Shown: piece after piece, positions 1-13,119 of the stretch
How the letters are laid out: the number at the start of each line of letters is the position of its first letter
Position numbering within the stretch: the first letter of the stretch is position 1
Origin: Isurus oxyrinchus
Taxonomy: Eukaryota
Length of the DNA stretch: 64,000 bases
Direction of reading: 5' to 3'
Assembly: GCA_026770705.1 (NCBI GenBank)
Contig: JANJGN010000052.1
Span: forward strand, 3,720,001-3,784,000
Program-made: the position numbers and the translations under genes
Notes under the pieces: generated by a model
The model's database searches: none
Seen by the model: only the letters and a program-made list of their open reading frames with translations
Told to the model about the DNA's origin: nothing

Positions 1-79
1 TCTGGTCTGATCTGGTCTTGTATACCTTCAAATGGAACACCAGTAAAACAGGGAAATAAGAGTACTGGGCCAAACTGTT

Positions 80-300
80 AGAGAGGGGCACATTTAGAGA
101 GAGAGAGAGAGAGAGAAAGAGGGAGACACTGAAAGAGATAAGGACAAGGAAAGAAAGAGTGACAGAGAGAGACAGACAGAGACACACAAAGAAGTAGAAA
201 GAAAGTGATAGAGATGAAGCAGGAGAGAATGAGGAGAAAGATAGATAGATAGAGAGAGAGGATGGTAGAGAAAGAGAACGAGAGGAAAAGAGACAAAGGC
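80..300. repeat. GA-rich low-complexity / microsatellite tract
   Basis: (GA)n runs and purine-rich degenerate repeats; explains the spurious Leu/Ser-rich ORFs. Confidence 0.85.
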
Positions 301-509
301 AGAATGTGATGGAACACTGAATCCTTGTCTATGCGTTTTGAAATCCAGCCCAGAACTATCATTGGAAGATTCAGCGAGTGTCCAGTACAGGGGACCCAGC
401 CCAACCTTCTCATCCTGACCTTCCCAGTGGGGCTGAAGAGGGCAGAGAGGAAACCTTCCTCTGTTATTCTGTTGTCGAATAAACACAACAATTCTGGAAC
501 TCTGCCCTT

Positions 510-1105
510 TCTATCTCACGGATTAGAATATAAGGGGGCAGAGGTCATGCTTCAGTCTACATAAAGCCCTGGCTAGACCACACCTGGAGTCACTGTGAGA
601 CATTCTGGGCCCCACACCTTAGGAAGGATATATTGACCTCGGAGGGAGAGCAGTGTCAGTTTACCAGAATGAGACCGGGACTCCAAGGGTTAAATCACAA
701 GGAGAGATTAAACACAAACTCGGCTTGTATTCCCTGGAAGTTAGAATGTTAAGCAGGAGATTTGATGAAAGCTCGCATGATATTAAGGGGAACAGATTGG
801 GGGCGATAAAGAGAAACCATTTCCCCTGGTTGGGGGGAGTCTGGGACTCGGGGTCAGAGCCTAAAAAGGAATTAAATTAGGAAGTACAAAGGGTGGGAGA
901 AATTTGGAACTCTCTTCCCCAAACAGGAACTGATGCACGATCAAGTTGTTCATTTTAAACCTGTGAGACTGATAGATTTTTGTTATCCAAAGGTATTAAA
1001 GGAGATGGGACAAAGGCATATGGGGCTAGTTTGCAGATCAGCCATGATCTCATTGAATGGTGGAGCAGGCTCGAGGGGCCAAATGGCCTCCTCCTACCCT
1101 TATGT
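510..1105 (+). mobile_element. CR1-type LINE 3' fragment (decayed)
   Basis: Decayed C-terminal CR1 ORF2 motifs (GLEYKG.EVMLQ, RPHLE, LGLYSLE) followed by the typical tail gcaggctcgaggggccaaatggcctcctcct. Confidence 0.8.
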
Positions 1106-1496
1106 AATAGAAACTTACCTGTCAGAAGCCAGTTTATGTTGATGTGAGTCTGAGTCGATGACTGAACCCAGTTGGTAACTTGTTCCATACAAAGCAAGAA
1201 CGTTCATGCCCTTCAATGTTCCTGGATAAACCATTAACAAAGCTGGTGACAGACAGTCTCCACATGGTAAACACTGACCGATCAACACATGACATGGCTG
1301 TTAACCCCTAAACCTCAGCGTAAATCAGTTCCCCCTCGAGGCCCCTTGTCCGAAATAAAAGCAACGCACACAATTTGTAAAATAGTAAGTGTCTGGCAGG
1401 AAGGAGGAGCAATGAGAGGAGTAAGGGGTTAGGGGGCGTGCGCTTCACCTGATTTGCCGACATAAGAACCAGCCCCTATGTTTTTGCTATGTTGTG

Positions 1497-1708
1497 TTGC
1501 ATCAATATGAACACATATTTGCACAAGGTGAAGGGCGTTGCGGAGGGACTGATAGTTCTCGGCGCCAGACAGTCAATGTCCCAGTGACCTTACTGCTGGT
1601 CCCAGTCCAGTGGGACAGGGAACATCGACACTGCAATATCCAGAAATGGGTGTGATACCACACAGCTACCCACCCGCGGCTGTCCCCTTCAAGTGTTTCA
1701 GGTATAAG
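1497..1708 (+). promoter_or_regulatory. Candidate Pol II promoter: C/EBP-like sites, BMP/SMAD-like element, TATA-like box
   Basis: TTGCATCA 1497-1504, TTGCACAA 1519-1526, GGCGCC(agaca)GTCA 1561-1575 and TATAAG 1703-1708, ~75 nt upstream of a signal-peptide ATG. Confidence 0.4.
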
Positions 1709-1779
1709 AGCAGGAAGCTCCTCTAGTTACAAACCAAAGCATCAAAGCAGAGCCAGAAGATCAGAAGAGACAGGCAGAG

Positions 1780-1871
1780 ATGGGAAGCTCCCAGATGAAA
1801 TGGCGACTTGTCTTGTTCACTCTGACTTTGCTGCTCTCCCTGCAGCTGAGTCACTTCTTCTCCTTGTCGAG
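1780..1871 (+). pseudogene. Signal-peptide exon 1 of a small secreted protein, possibly hepcidin-like; frame disrupted
   Basis: MGSSQMKWRLVLFTLTLLLSLQLSHFFSLS then AG|gttaag (phase 2). Alternative donor TGG|gtgagg at 1896/1897 is phase 0 but includes TAA at 1879-1881. Neither joins the 4526 exon cleanly. Confidence 0.45.
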
Positions 1872-2069
1872 GTTAAGCTAAGAGATGTCCCTCTGGGTGA
1901 GGTGTTTCTTGCACATGACTCTACGTCTACCACCCAGATAGACTGGTCTCTTCCGCAGTTTGATATTATGTTCGTGCCTTTAATATTGTCGCCCTCTATG
2001 AATTTAACATCATTTCCTTCTGTCGTTTCCCCTGAAATTCTCATTCTTGTTTTCAATCCCTCCTCAGCC

Positions 2070-3780
2070 ACTCCCTATCTCTGTAACCTCCTCCAGCCCG
2101 TACAACCCTCCCTATCTCTGTAACCTCCTCCAGCCCCTACAACCCTCCCTATCTCTGTAACGTCCACCAGGCCTTACAACCCTCCCTATCTCTGTAACCT
2201 CCTCCAGCCCCTACACCCCTCCCTATCTCTGTAACCTCCTCCAGCCCCTACAACCCTCCCTATCTCTGTAACCTCCTCCAGCCCCTACAACCCTCCCTAT
2301 CTCTGTAACCTCCTCCAGCCCATACAACCCTCCCTATCTCTGTAACCTCCTCCAGCCCCTACAACCCTCCCTATCTCTGTAACCTCCACCAGGCCTTACA
2401 ACCCTCCCTATCTCTGTAACCTCCTCCAGCCCCTACACCCCTCCCTATCTCTGTAACCTCCTCCAGCCCCTACAACCCTCCCTATCTCTGTAACTTCCTC
2501 CAGCCCCTACAACCCTCCCTATCTCTGTAACCTCCTCCAGCCCGTACAACCCTCCCTATCTCTGTAACCTCCTCCAGCCCCTACAACCCTCCCTATCTCT
2601 GTAACCTCCTCCAGCCCCTACAACCCTCCCTATCTCTGTAACATCCTCCAGCCCCTACAACAATCCCTATCTCTGTAACATCCTACAGTCTCTACAACCC
2701 TCCCTATCTCTGTAACCTCCTCCAGTCCCTATAACCCTCCCTATCTCTGTAACCTCCTCCAGACCCGACAACCCTCCCTATCTATGTAACCTCCTACAGT
2801 CCCCACAACACTCCCTATCTCTGTAACCTCCCCCAGGCCCCACAACCCTCACGATCACTGTAACCTCCTCCAGATCCTACAACCCTCCCTATCTCTGTAA
2901 CCTCCTCCAGCACCTACAACCCTACCTATCTCTGTAACCTCCCCCAGGCCCCACAACCCTCATGATCACTGTAACCTCCTCTAGACCCTACAACCCTCCC
3001 TATCTCTGTAACCTGCTCCAGACCCTACAACCCTCCCTATCTCTGTAACCTCCTCCAGACCCTACAACCCTCCCTATCTCTGTAACCTCCTCCAGGCCCC
3101 ACGACCCTCAGAATCACTGTAACCTCCTCCAGCCCCTACAATGCTCATGAAATCTATAACGTCCTCTCCACACTATAACTCTCCCTATCTCTGTAACCTA
3201 CTGTGGCCCCTACAACAGTATCTATTTTGGTAACCTCCTCCAGCCTCTACAACCCTCCCTACCTCTGTAACCTCCTCCAGCCCCCACAACCCCCCCATCT
3301 CTTTAACCTCCTACAGCCCCTATTCACCTCCCTATCTCTGTAACCTCCTCCAGGCCCTACAACCCTCCCTATCTCTGTAACCTCCTCCAGGCCCCACGAC
3401 CCTCAGAATCACTGTAACCTCCTCCAGCCCCTACAATGCTCATGAACTCTATAACGTCCTCTCCACACTATAACTCTCCCTATCTCTGTAACCTACTGTG
3501 GCCCCTACAACAGTATCTATTTTGGTAACCTCCTCCAGCCTCTACAACCCTCCCTACCTCTGTAACCTCCTCCAGCCCCCACAACCCCCCCATCTCTTTA
3601 ACCTCCTACAGCCCCTACTCACCTCCCTATCTCTGTAACCTCCTACAGCCCCTACAACCCTCCCTATCTCTGTAACCTCCTGCAGCCTCTAGAACCCTCC
3701 CTATCTCTGTTATCTCCTACAGCCTCTACAACCCTCCCTATCTCTGTAACCTCCTCCAGCCGGAACAACCCTACCTAAAT
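2070..3780 (+). repeat. 37-bp minisatellite (ccctccctatctctgtaacctcctccagcccctacaa)n
   Basis: Dozens of visible tandem units; period 37 (tacaacc at 2101 and 2138). Confidence 0.95.
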
Positions 3781-3784
3781 CTCT

Positions 3785-4430
3785 GGTCTGAGTCTCACTC
3801 CAGGGAATTCAGTCCCATAACGTCGGTCAACACTCCGTGCTGAGGGAGTGCTGCACTGTCAGAGGGTCAGTAGTGTGGAAGTGTTGCACTATTGGAGGGA
3901 CAGTACTGAGTGAGTGCTATACTGTCGGAGGTCAGTACTGAGGAAGTGCTGCATTGTTACAGGGTCAGTACTGTGGAAGTGTTGCACTGTCGGAGGGTCA
4001 GTACTGAGGTAGCGCTGCACTGACGGAGGGACAGTACTGAGGGAGCGCAGCACTATCGAAGGGTTAATACTAAGGGAGTGCTGCAGTGCCAAAGGGTTAG
4101 TACTGAGGGAGCACAACAATGTTGAATGAGACATTAAACTGAGTCCCCCGTCTGCCCTCTCGGGCGGGTGTGAAAGATCCCACAGCCACTATTTGGAGGA
4201 AGAGCAGGGGGTGCTCTCCCCGGTGTCCTGGGACCAATATTTATCCCTCACCCAACATCACCAAAAACAGATGATCTAGGCCATGATCACATTGCTATTT
4301 GTGGGATCTTGCTGTGCACAAATCAGCTGCCACATTTCCTACAGTGTGAGTGCACTTCAAAAACATCCTTCAGTGGCTGTGAAATGCTTTGGGATGTGGT
4401 GAAAGGCGTTAGAGAAATGCAAGTCTGTCC
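3785..4430 (+). mobile_element. DeuSINE (SacSINE1/AmnSINE1-like) with internally amplified 33-bp unit
   Basis: 33-bp repeats run into gatgagacattaaactgag...atttatccctca...cacattgct.tttgtgggatcttgctgtgc...agaaatgcaagt, recognised from memory as the DeuSINE body and tail. Confidence 0.7.
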
Positions 4431-4525
4431 TCCTCCCCCTCTCTCTCCTGTACCTCTCTCTCTCTCTCTCCCTCTCCCTCAATCCTCCTCTCACTTTCTC
4501 CCTGATAAATTCTTTCTTTTTGCAG

Positions 4526-4582
4526 GTTGACACTGCTTTAGGTTCTTCGACGATTGAGAAATCTGTGGATTCCCCGGACACG
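4526..4582 (+). CDS. Candidate 57-nt phase-0/0 exon (VDTALGSSTIEKSVDSPDT), possible propeptide exon 2
   Basis: Strong acceptor ttctttctttttgcag and donor ACG|gtaggt; only frame 0 is open. Mirror copy at 62497-62553 (-). Confidence 0.45.
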
Positions 4583-4839
4583 GTAGGTGGAAATTCATTC
4601 CTTATTTTAAGGTTTCTCCCTGCTCGTTTCTTCCACAGAAAGTTTTCTGATTTCAAGCTGATTTCAGTGGCAGTCTGTCTCGGTTATACTCAGGAGGCAT
4701 GTTTGAAATCGAGCCCCCCCCACCCCCCCCCCTTTTTTTGCAAAGCTGGGAAGAGGCAATTCCAAGGAAGTGAACATATCCCCACAGGAATTTTAAATGT
4801 AACCCACGCCGGGAATAGTGAGAGGGAGACTGATCCAGC

Positions 4840-5280
4840 CTGGGAGTGGGTTAAAGAGAGGCTGGGAGTCGAGAGTCGGAGAGAGGGATGGAATGGGGGA
4901 GGGAGGGATTGGAAGAGAGAGACAGAGAGTGGGACGGGGAGGGGTGAAAGGGAAAGAACATAGGTGGGAGAGAGTGACAGAGGGAGAAATTAAAGAAGAG
5001 ATGCAGAGTGAGGGAAAGTGAAAAGGGAAGAGAGATTGTCCAAGAGAGAGAAATTAACAGGGAAGGGAGAGTTACAGAGTGAGCGAAAGGTACAAAAATA
5101 GTGTGAGAGAGAGGGAGAGATACAGAGTGGGAGAAGGAGACAGGGGAGAGAGAGGGAGAGAGACAGGAAAAGGGAGAGAGGAGAGAAAGATTGGGAGAGA
5201 GGGCAATTGAGAGGAAGAGTAGGAGAGAGAGAGACAGGGAGAGGAGGAGTGGAAGAGAGGAAGAGAGAGAGAGATATGGA
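4840..5280. repeat. Purine-rich low-complexity tract
   Basis: GA-rich degenerate sequence; mirror at ~61800-62230. Confidence 0.8.
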
Positions 5281-5860
5281 GCAGGAGAACACCTCCTCCG
5301 GTCCCGATGTTCCTCCAAAATCTCTGACATTACTGCATCTCCCGGGTCCCCCTGATTCCCATCGCTCCACCATTGGGGGCCGTGCCTTCAGCTGCCTGGG
5401 GCCCTGAGCTCCGGAATACCCTCCCTTAACCTCTCTGCCTCTCTCTCTCTCTCTCCTTTAAGACGCTCCTTAAAAACTGACATCTTTGACCAAGCTTTTG
5501 GTCACCTATCCCTAATATCTCCATATGTGACTCAGTGTTAGACTTCTCTCTGATTTACGCTCCGGTAATGTGGGCTGGGACATTTTGCAATGTCAGAGGC
5601 GCTGTGTAAATGCAAGTTGTGAGTGTTATGTGGAAGGGAGACCCCAGGCGGCAGTCAGTGCCAGAGACTGGAGTCATTGTGCGCAGACCGTATCTAATCT
5701 CTCCGAATGCACAATCGGTTTGACTGTCAGCCAAAGCACTTTTGATATTTGATCCTTCTAACTGTTTATAACCAGGCCTACATCATACACCGTGAGGCTG
5801 GTTAATCAACAGACACCTTAGAGGATCGAGTGAAAGACAAAGAGGACTTGCATTTCTCTA

Positions 5861-6009
5861 TAAAAACAAAGAAAACTGCGGATGCTGGAAATCCAAAACA
5901 AAAACAGAATTACCTGAAAAAACTCAGCAGGTCTGGCAGCATCGGCAGAGAAGAAAAGAGTTGACGTTTCGAGTCCTCAGAAGGGTCATGAGGACTCGAA
6001 ACGTCAACT
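5861..6009. mobile_element. Short Penelope-terminus insertion with inverted end and 14-bp target-site duplication
   Basis: Flanked by cttgcatttctcta at 5847-5860 and 6010-6023; 23-bp perfect inverted repeat at 5957-5979 / 5989-6011; same family as the Penelope end at 20930-21025. Confidence 0.7.
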
Positions 6010-6284
6010 CTTGCATTTCTCTAGCGCCTTCCAACACATCAGGACGTCCCAAACTGTTTCGCAGACAATCAAGTGCTTTTTTTCTTTCATGTGAGGTCAC
6101 TGATGTACTGTGGGAAAAGAATCAGCCATTGGCGCACTGTAAGATCCCACAGACAGCAGCATGATAATGACCAGCGCGCTCCCAGTACTTGCACTGCAAG
6201 TGTCAGTTCAGGGTGTGTGCTCGATTCTCTGCAACTCTCAGCTCTGAGTTAAAAGGACCACCAGGCGTAATTGAGAAATTACCG

Positions 6285-6930
6285 AGCTGTCGGAGGGTCA
6301 GTACCGGCGGGGGGGCAGGACAGTCGGAGGGTCAGTACTGAGGGGGTGCTGCATTGTCAGACGGTCAGTCTTGGAGTGCTGCACTGTCAGAGGGTCAGTA
6401 CCGGCGGGGGACTGCACAGTCGGAGGGTCAGTACTGAGGGGGTGCTGCACTGTTGGAGGGTCAGTACTGAGGGGGTGCTGCATTGTCAGACGGTCAGTAC
6501 TGAGGGAGTGCTGCACAGTCGGAGGGTCAGTACTGAGGGGGTGCTGCACTGTTGAAGGCGCTGTCTTTCAGATGAGATGTTAAACTGAGACAACATCTGC
6601 CCTCTCAGATGGATGTAGAGGATTCCATGGCCACAATTTAAATGAAGTGCGTCAGGAGTTGGGTGTATGTGTGGAGGGGGTGGTGGGGGGTGGATGGGAT
6701 GCAGTTATGTCTGCTTTCCTGGGGCAAACATTTATCCCTCAACTGACATTGGTAAAAAACTGAAAATGGGGCCATTATCACATTTCTGTTTGTGGGATCT
6801 TGCTGTGCGTGAATTGCCTGCTGCGTTTCCTACATTACAGCGGTGAGCTCACTTCAGAAAAAGTCCTTCCTTCAGCTGTGGAACACTTTGGGCCATCCTG
6901 AGGAGGGGAAAGGCGCTAGAGAAATGCGCC
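6285..6930 (+). mobile_element. DeuSINE copy with 33-bp minisatellite expansion
   Basis: 33-bp units at 6285-6555, then ctttcagatgagatgttaaactgag...gaaatgc tail. Confidence 0.7.
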
Positions 6931-7434
6931 ATCCTCCTTCCAATGACGCGCCTGATTGAAAGGATGCCTTCTTTCTTTCCGGAATGTTCTCACCTATTGT
7001 GCTCCTGCTTTTCCAGGGCTCCTTGCTGCAGCGCCAGAAGAGAATGGGCAGACAGCAGCTCTGCAGATTCTGCTGTAACTGCTGTAATTGGAGAGAACCA
7101 AATGAGACTTGTGGTCTCTGCTGTAGATATTAGACCCTGGCCTCATTCACGCAAGGTCATCCTGCACCATGCCACAGCCTCTCCCCTCCTTATCTACTGC
7201 TTAGCAATCTACTTAACACAGGCCCTGTTCATTAATTCCAACTGAAACTTTACCTGCGTTTTACAGCAGGGAAAGAAGCCATTCGGCCCATCTGTTCCAT
7301 GCTGGAGTTTCTGCTCCACACGAGTCTCCGCCCACCCCTTCTCCATCTCACCCCATCACCATATCCTTCTATTCATTTCTCCCTCGTGTGTTTATCCAGC
7401 TTCCCCTTAAATACATCGACACTATTCACCTCAC

Positions 7435-7830
7435 GTGACTGTGTTTGTGTCTGTCTTTATGAGCGTGTGTGTGTGACTGTCAATATGTGTGTGTCAATGT
7501 GAATGTGTGTGATTGTGTCAGCGTGTGTGTGTGTATGTGTGACTGTCAGTGCGTGTCAATGTGAATGTGTGTGATTGTGTCAGCGTGTGTGTGTGTGTGT
7601 GTATGTGTGTGTGTGACTGTGTCAGTGTGTGTCAATGTGAATGAGTGAGTGTGTCAGTGTGTCTGTGTGGGTGTGTGTGACTGTGTCAGTGTGTGTCAAT
7701 GTGAATGAGTGAGTGTGTCAGTGTGTCTGTGTGGGTGTGTGTGACTGTGTCAGTGTGTGTCAATGTGAATGAGTGAGTGTGTCAGTGTGTCTGTGTGGGT
7801 GTGGGTGTGTGAGTGTGCAAGTGAATGTGT
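7435..7830. repeat. (GT)n-rich compound microsatellite with higher-order duplication
   Basis: GT runs with repeated gtcaatgtgaatgagtgagt blocks; mirror ~59285-59680. Confidence 0.9.
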
Positions 7831-9669
7831 GAGGAATCTTATGACTAAGTCATTTGAATGGATGTTACTGGGGTTAATGATAGTTAAAATTCAGAGAGAT
7901 GTAAAGCGGGCTCCTGATTTTGCTGCTTTATGCTCCCGGGCACAGATTCACCCCGACAATGTGTTCATGATTCACCATTATCTTGTCGGGACTTTAATTG
8001 TAAATATTGTGCTTTGTAAAAAAAAATGAATAAACAACTTTTGTCTTCACAAAGAGTCTGGCTTGGTATTTCAGGCTACTTGTCTCCCCCTCACCCTCCC
8101 CCCCCCACCATGCCCCCCACACCAGGGAACAATTGTCCCCCCTTCCTCTGAAGTTCTGGGTAAAGATCAGCTTTGTTCAATGCAAGCTGTTCCGACATCG
8201 AGAACGTTGTTACAAATATCACACAAAGGCCACACGCCATGATAGCCCACTTTCAACAGATTTTACCAGTTGACCAGGTTGAAAACCTTTTCATAAACCA
8301 CAACGTAGGTGTTCAATTCTTGCTGCTGTTTGCTTAATGCTCTCATAACTGCTATAACCTCTCTAGTTCCACTACATAACAACACAAACATAAATAAACA
8401 GAAGCAGGAGTAGGCCTTTTGGCCTCCCAAGCCAGCTTGTCCATTCAATTTGAACCTGGCTCCTGCTGAAAGTTATTTAAGTTGAAGCGATAAAGCCATC
8501 AGGTGCAGGGATTAAAATGTAAGCAAAGGAAAAATAATACTTAGAGATGAGATTTAAAATCAGTTTCTGTGAAGAATCATACTGAGGCCATTGCTCTGGA
8601 TTCCTTCTTTCCAGAGTGAAGGGTTTAAAACTAGGAGTCACATTCAGCAGCTGCGTTGTCTTCTCTAGTTGACTATTTGGAGGTTGCCTGTAGATGTGAA
8701 TCAGCAGGTCAGCAGCTTTGGGGAGTCAGTGAAGGTCCCTTTTATTTACAGGATCTGCCACAGGGTGTGCAGGAATATTCCTGCTGAATTCTCCATCCTT
8801 GCATTCATGAAGGGTTTGAAACTGGAAGTCATATTCAGCAGCTGCAATGGCCTCTGTAGCCAACTGTCTGGAGGTTGCCTGTACAGGTGGACTCAGCAGG
8901 TCAACAGCTTTGTAGGGTGGGGGACATGGGTAGTGAAGGTCCCTTTACTTTAAAGGCTCTGCCAGTGCAACACTTGATGATCCTGGGTCAAAATCATGTA
9001 TCACCCTCCCCAACAGCACTGTGGATGTGCCCTATGGAGGTTCCTTGGCTTCGACAAGCAGCCGACCAGCTCTGCTCTCAATTCCTCTTCACACTTGCTT
9101 CCTTCCTCCTCTGGTCTTTACTTTGTTATAGTGTTAGTGTCCGCTCTGCCTTTTTTGTTGCTTTCCCAATTCTTCCCACCAACTCTCTCTGGCTTGATCC
9201 TTCTCTGTGCTCATCTCATTGGTTTGGGTTTCTATCCGTTCATTGACCTGGTATAATCTGAAACTGGTGCAATCAGGTAGGGGTGGGGGGGTTGGCGCTG
9301 GCCGTGGGTGGTGATACACGGCTACCTTTTTACCAAAATTCTTTCACGGGATGTGGACAGCGTTTGTTACCTGTTCCTGACTGACCCCTTGAGAAGGGGG
9401 TGCTGAGCTGCCTTTTCGAAGTGCTGCAGTTCACCTGGTTTGACTGGGCTGTGGCGGGTTTTGATATAACTCAGTGGCTTGCTCGGCCATTTCAGGGGCC
9501 AGTTAAGAGTCAACCACATTGCTGTGGTTCAGGCGTCACACGTAGGCCAGAATGGGTAAGGACGGCAGGTTTCCTTCCCCAAAGGGCATTAGTGACCCAG
9601 ATGGGTTTTTGCAACAATTGGCCTTAGTTTCATGGTCACCATTACTGAGACTAGCTTCGCATTCCAGAT

Positions 9670-11630
9670 GTCACATCCAGTCGTGGACAATTAAACAACT
9701 CACTGTAGGAGGAGGCTCCACAAATATCCCCATCCTCAATGATGGAGGAGCCCAGCACATCGGTGCAAAAGACAAGACTGAAGCATGCGCAATAATCTTC
9801 AGCCAGAAGTGCTGAGTGGCTGATCCATCTCGGCCTCCTCCTGAGGTCCCCAGCATCAGAGATGCCAATCTTTAGCCAATTCGATTAATTCCACGTGACA
9901 TCAAGAAAGGGCTGAAGGCACTGGATATTGCAAAGGCTCCAGGCCCTGACAATATTCTGGCAATAGTACTGAAGACTTGTGCTCCAGAACTTGCTGCGCC
10001 CCTAGCCAAGCTTTTCTGGAATTTTCTAGTACAGCTGCAACACTGGCAACTACCCGGCTATGGGGTACGTCCTGTACACAAAAAGCAGGACAAATCCAAC
10101 CCAGCCAATTCCCCAGCAGTCTATTCTTGATCATTACTAAAGTGATGGAAGGGGTCATCAACAGCGCTTGCAAGCAGCACCTGCTTACCAAGAACCTGCT
10201 CACTGACGCTCAGTTTGTGTTCCACCAGGATCATTCAGCTCCTGGCCTCATTACAGCCTTGGTTCAAACATGCACAAATGAGCTGAACTCCAGAGGTGAG
10301 GTGAGAGTGACTGTCCTTGACATCAAGGCAGCATTTGACTGAGTGTGGCAAATCAAGGAGCCCTAGCAAAACTGGAGTCAATGGGAATCGGGGGAAAACT
10401 CTCCGCTGTTTGGAGTCATACTTAGCACAAAGGATGATGGTTGTGATTGTTGGGGGTCAATCATCTCAGTTCCAGGACATCACTGCAGGAGTTCCAGGGT
10501 AGTGTCCTAGGCTCAACCATCTTCAGCTGCTTCATCAATGTCCTTCCTTCCATCATAAGGTCAGAAGTGGGGATATTTGCTGATGTTTGCACAATGTTCA
10601 GCACCATTCACGGCTCCTCAGATACTGAAGCAAGTTATGTCCAAATGCAGCAAGACCTGGACAACATCCAGGCTTGGGCTGACAGGTGACAAGTAACATT
10701 CATGCCACACAAGTGCCAGGCAATGACCAGCTCCAACAAGAGAGAATCTAACTGAAGGCGCAGAAAATTTGGATTTATTTTAAAGAGCCAGCCAGGACCA
10801 GCAGCTAGGGTGCCAAAGCGTACACATCCTTACGTGAAAGCTAAAAACCTGTACAAAGGGCTCAGCTGTAAATTTGCAATGAGGAAATGGGAGACACACA
10901 CACAAGGACACAGGGTGACTCAATCAAGAAATGGGGAAGGTTATTTCACACCGTCCGATGGCCTTGAACCACATCCAGTCAGCCTCCGGAAACCTTTTGT
11001 ATCGAACAAACATAGATTCTTTGCTGTCTCAAAAGGACAATAGCCAGTCTCTGCCCTGTAATTACTGTACAAGAACACAATTATCAGCCCACCGGAGGGT
11101 CATTGTGCTGTGGCCTTTGTCTAACTAATACCATTACCTTGTAACTGAGAGTAAAAAATATATAAACTGTGCTCATTTGAACCTCGGTGGAGAAGCACCT
11201 GTACTGCCCAGCGTTTGCTCCCCACATGCCTAATAAAGGAACCACTTGAATATTGCATCTGGAGTCCGAGTGTTGAAATTTTGTACCAGAGTATCCCACA
11301 GACCATTCATAACCATCGCCCCTTGGCATTCAATGGCATTACCATCAATGAATCCCCCAATATCAACATCCTGGGAGTTACCATTGAGCAGAAACTGAAC
11401 TGGACCAGCCATATAAACACTGTGGCTGCAAGAGCAGGTCAGAGGCTGGGAACCCTGCAGACAGTAACTCACCTCCTGACTCCCCAAATCCTGTCCACCA
11501 TCTACAACGCACAAGTCAGGAGTGTGATGGAATACTCTCCACATGCCTGGATGAGCACAGCTCCAACAACACTCAAGAAGCTTGACACCATCCAGGACAA
11601 AGCAGCCCGATTGATTGGCTCCCCTTCCAC
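9670..11630 (+). mobile_element. Decayed non-LTR retrotransposon RT region (CR1/L2/Jockey group), interrupted by a solo LTR
   Basis: RT motifs K(V)MEGVIN, LDIKAAFD, QGSVLGSTIF, IFAD, ILGVTIEQKLNW, YNAQVRSVMEY, with stops and frameshifts. Confidence 0.9.
10753..11309 (+). mobile_element. Solo LTR (557 bp)
   Basis: TGAA...TTCA termini; 4-bp TSD TAAC (10749-10752, 11310-11313); internal TATATAAA (~11159) and AATAAA (~11232); the LINE resumes seamlessly across it. Confidence 0.85.
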
Positions 11631-13119
11631 AGAGCTAGATAGATTCTTGATTAACAAGGGGGTGAAAGGTCATTGGGGGTAGGCAGGAATGTGAGGTTGA
11701 GGTGACAATCAGATCAGCCATGATCTTACTGAATGGCGGAGCAGGTTCGAGGGGCTGAGTGACCTACTCCTGATCCTAACTCAGATATCCATATGTTCTC
11801 AAAGGCAAATGGGGATGGGCAACAAATACTGGCCTAGTCAGCGACACCAACATCCCTGAAATGAATAAGAAAAAAATGTATCAATCAATTAAATTTATTG
11901 ATTAATCGAATTGAAATTCCTCCAGCTGCCGTGGTGGGATTTGAACCCGTGCCTTCAAAGCATTCACCTGGGCCTCTGGATCACTGGCCTAGTGCCATTC
12001 CCATTGTGCGACTGTCTGCTATCATCATGGCTCTTTCACATCGATGTGGAAGTCCTGATAACAGAAGCATTGGACGAGGTACAGGAAGGTGACAAATCAG
12101 GAGCTCCATTGCTCAATATGAACGGATAATAAAGATAAATGAACATAAACCTTCCAGTCGCTAATTAGGGAGTCACTGTGGAGCCCATGAGTCCCTCGCA
12201 GCGCTATTGCAACCTTCTGGATCCCCAGTAGGGGACTCGGGGTGCAGCTGTGTCTTCCTCATCATTTGGAAAAGCCGGAATTGTTCGGGTGCCCCTTCAA
12301 ACAGGCCGAAGATGCAGTGGGTGATGTCTCCCACAGGCCCTGGGAGACCTCCCCTGCCAATTTGTTTTGTAGCTTATTCTTCAACTGCGACATTGGATCA
12401 GCTTGAAAAAGGGTGGGGCTGAGGCAATACCACCAGGTAAGCTTCTAACCCCTCCCACTTCACCCCCCCACCCCCGTAACCATCACAGACCCTCCCATCG
12501 TGCTGGAGGAGCATAATGTGCACATTCCCCTCCTTCCAATCAGTCTCCTCCCTTCCTCTCTAATCCTTGATCTTATTGTGTTCGGGGTTGACATGCCAGT
12601 CCTCCTCCCTAGACTGTCTGATGTTGACATCCCAATGCCCCATGTAGACCTGACCTCTCTCCAACTAGAGGCCCATTGTACTGTGACTTACAGAGACCAC
12701 CGGCCCCCCTCTTTTCCACCCCCACCCCTACCCTCTATATTACCTGCTCCCCATTGACTGGCTGCAGATGCCTCCCCTGACTGGGATTGTGCCACCTGCG
12801 GCCTAGTATCAAGCCACCCACCCCCAGGACCGACGTGTGTGAGCGACTGACCAAGTCCTGCACACCATGCTGGGCACCACCAACCCAGGACTGCCAGGCT
12901 GTCCCCACCACACTGGACTGGGACTAGAATAGGCATGCCAAGCACAGCTCTCTAAATCGTGGCGCAGACCCACAGCACTCGCAATGTTTTGTGGCCCGAA
13001 TCCTTGCTGAGGAACTGCCCAGCACTAAAAGCAAAAAAACTGCGGATGCTGGAAATCCAAAACAGAAACAGAAACAGAAATACCTGGAAAAACTCAGCAG
13101 GTCTGGCAGCATCGGCGGA

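Noticed and set aside
4851-5373. Hydrophobic Leu/Ser-rich ORFs as membrane proteins
   Set aside because: They are translations of a CT/GA low-complexity tract.
12373-12436. Exon-like segment (tttgtag...CAG|gtaagc; LILQLRHWISLKKGGAEAIPP)
   Set aside because: No recognisable homology or partner exons; may be repeat-derived.
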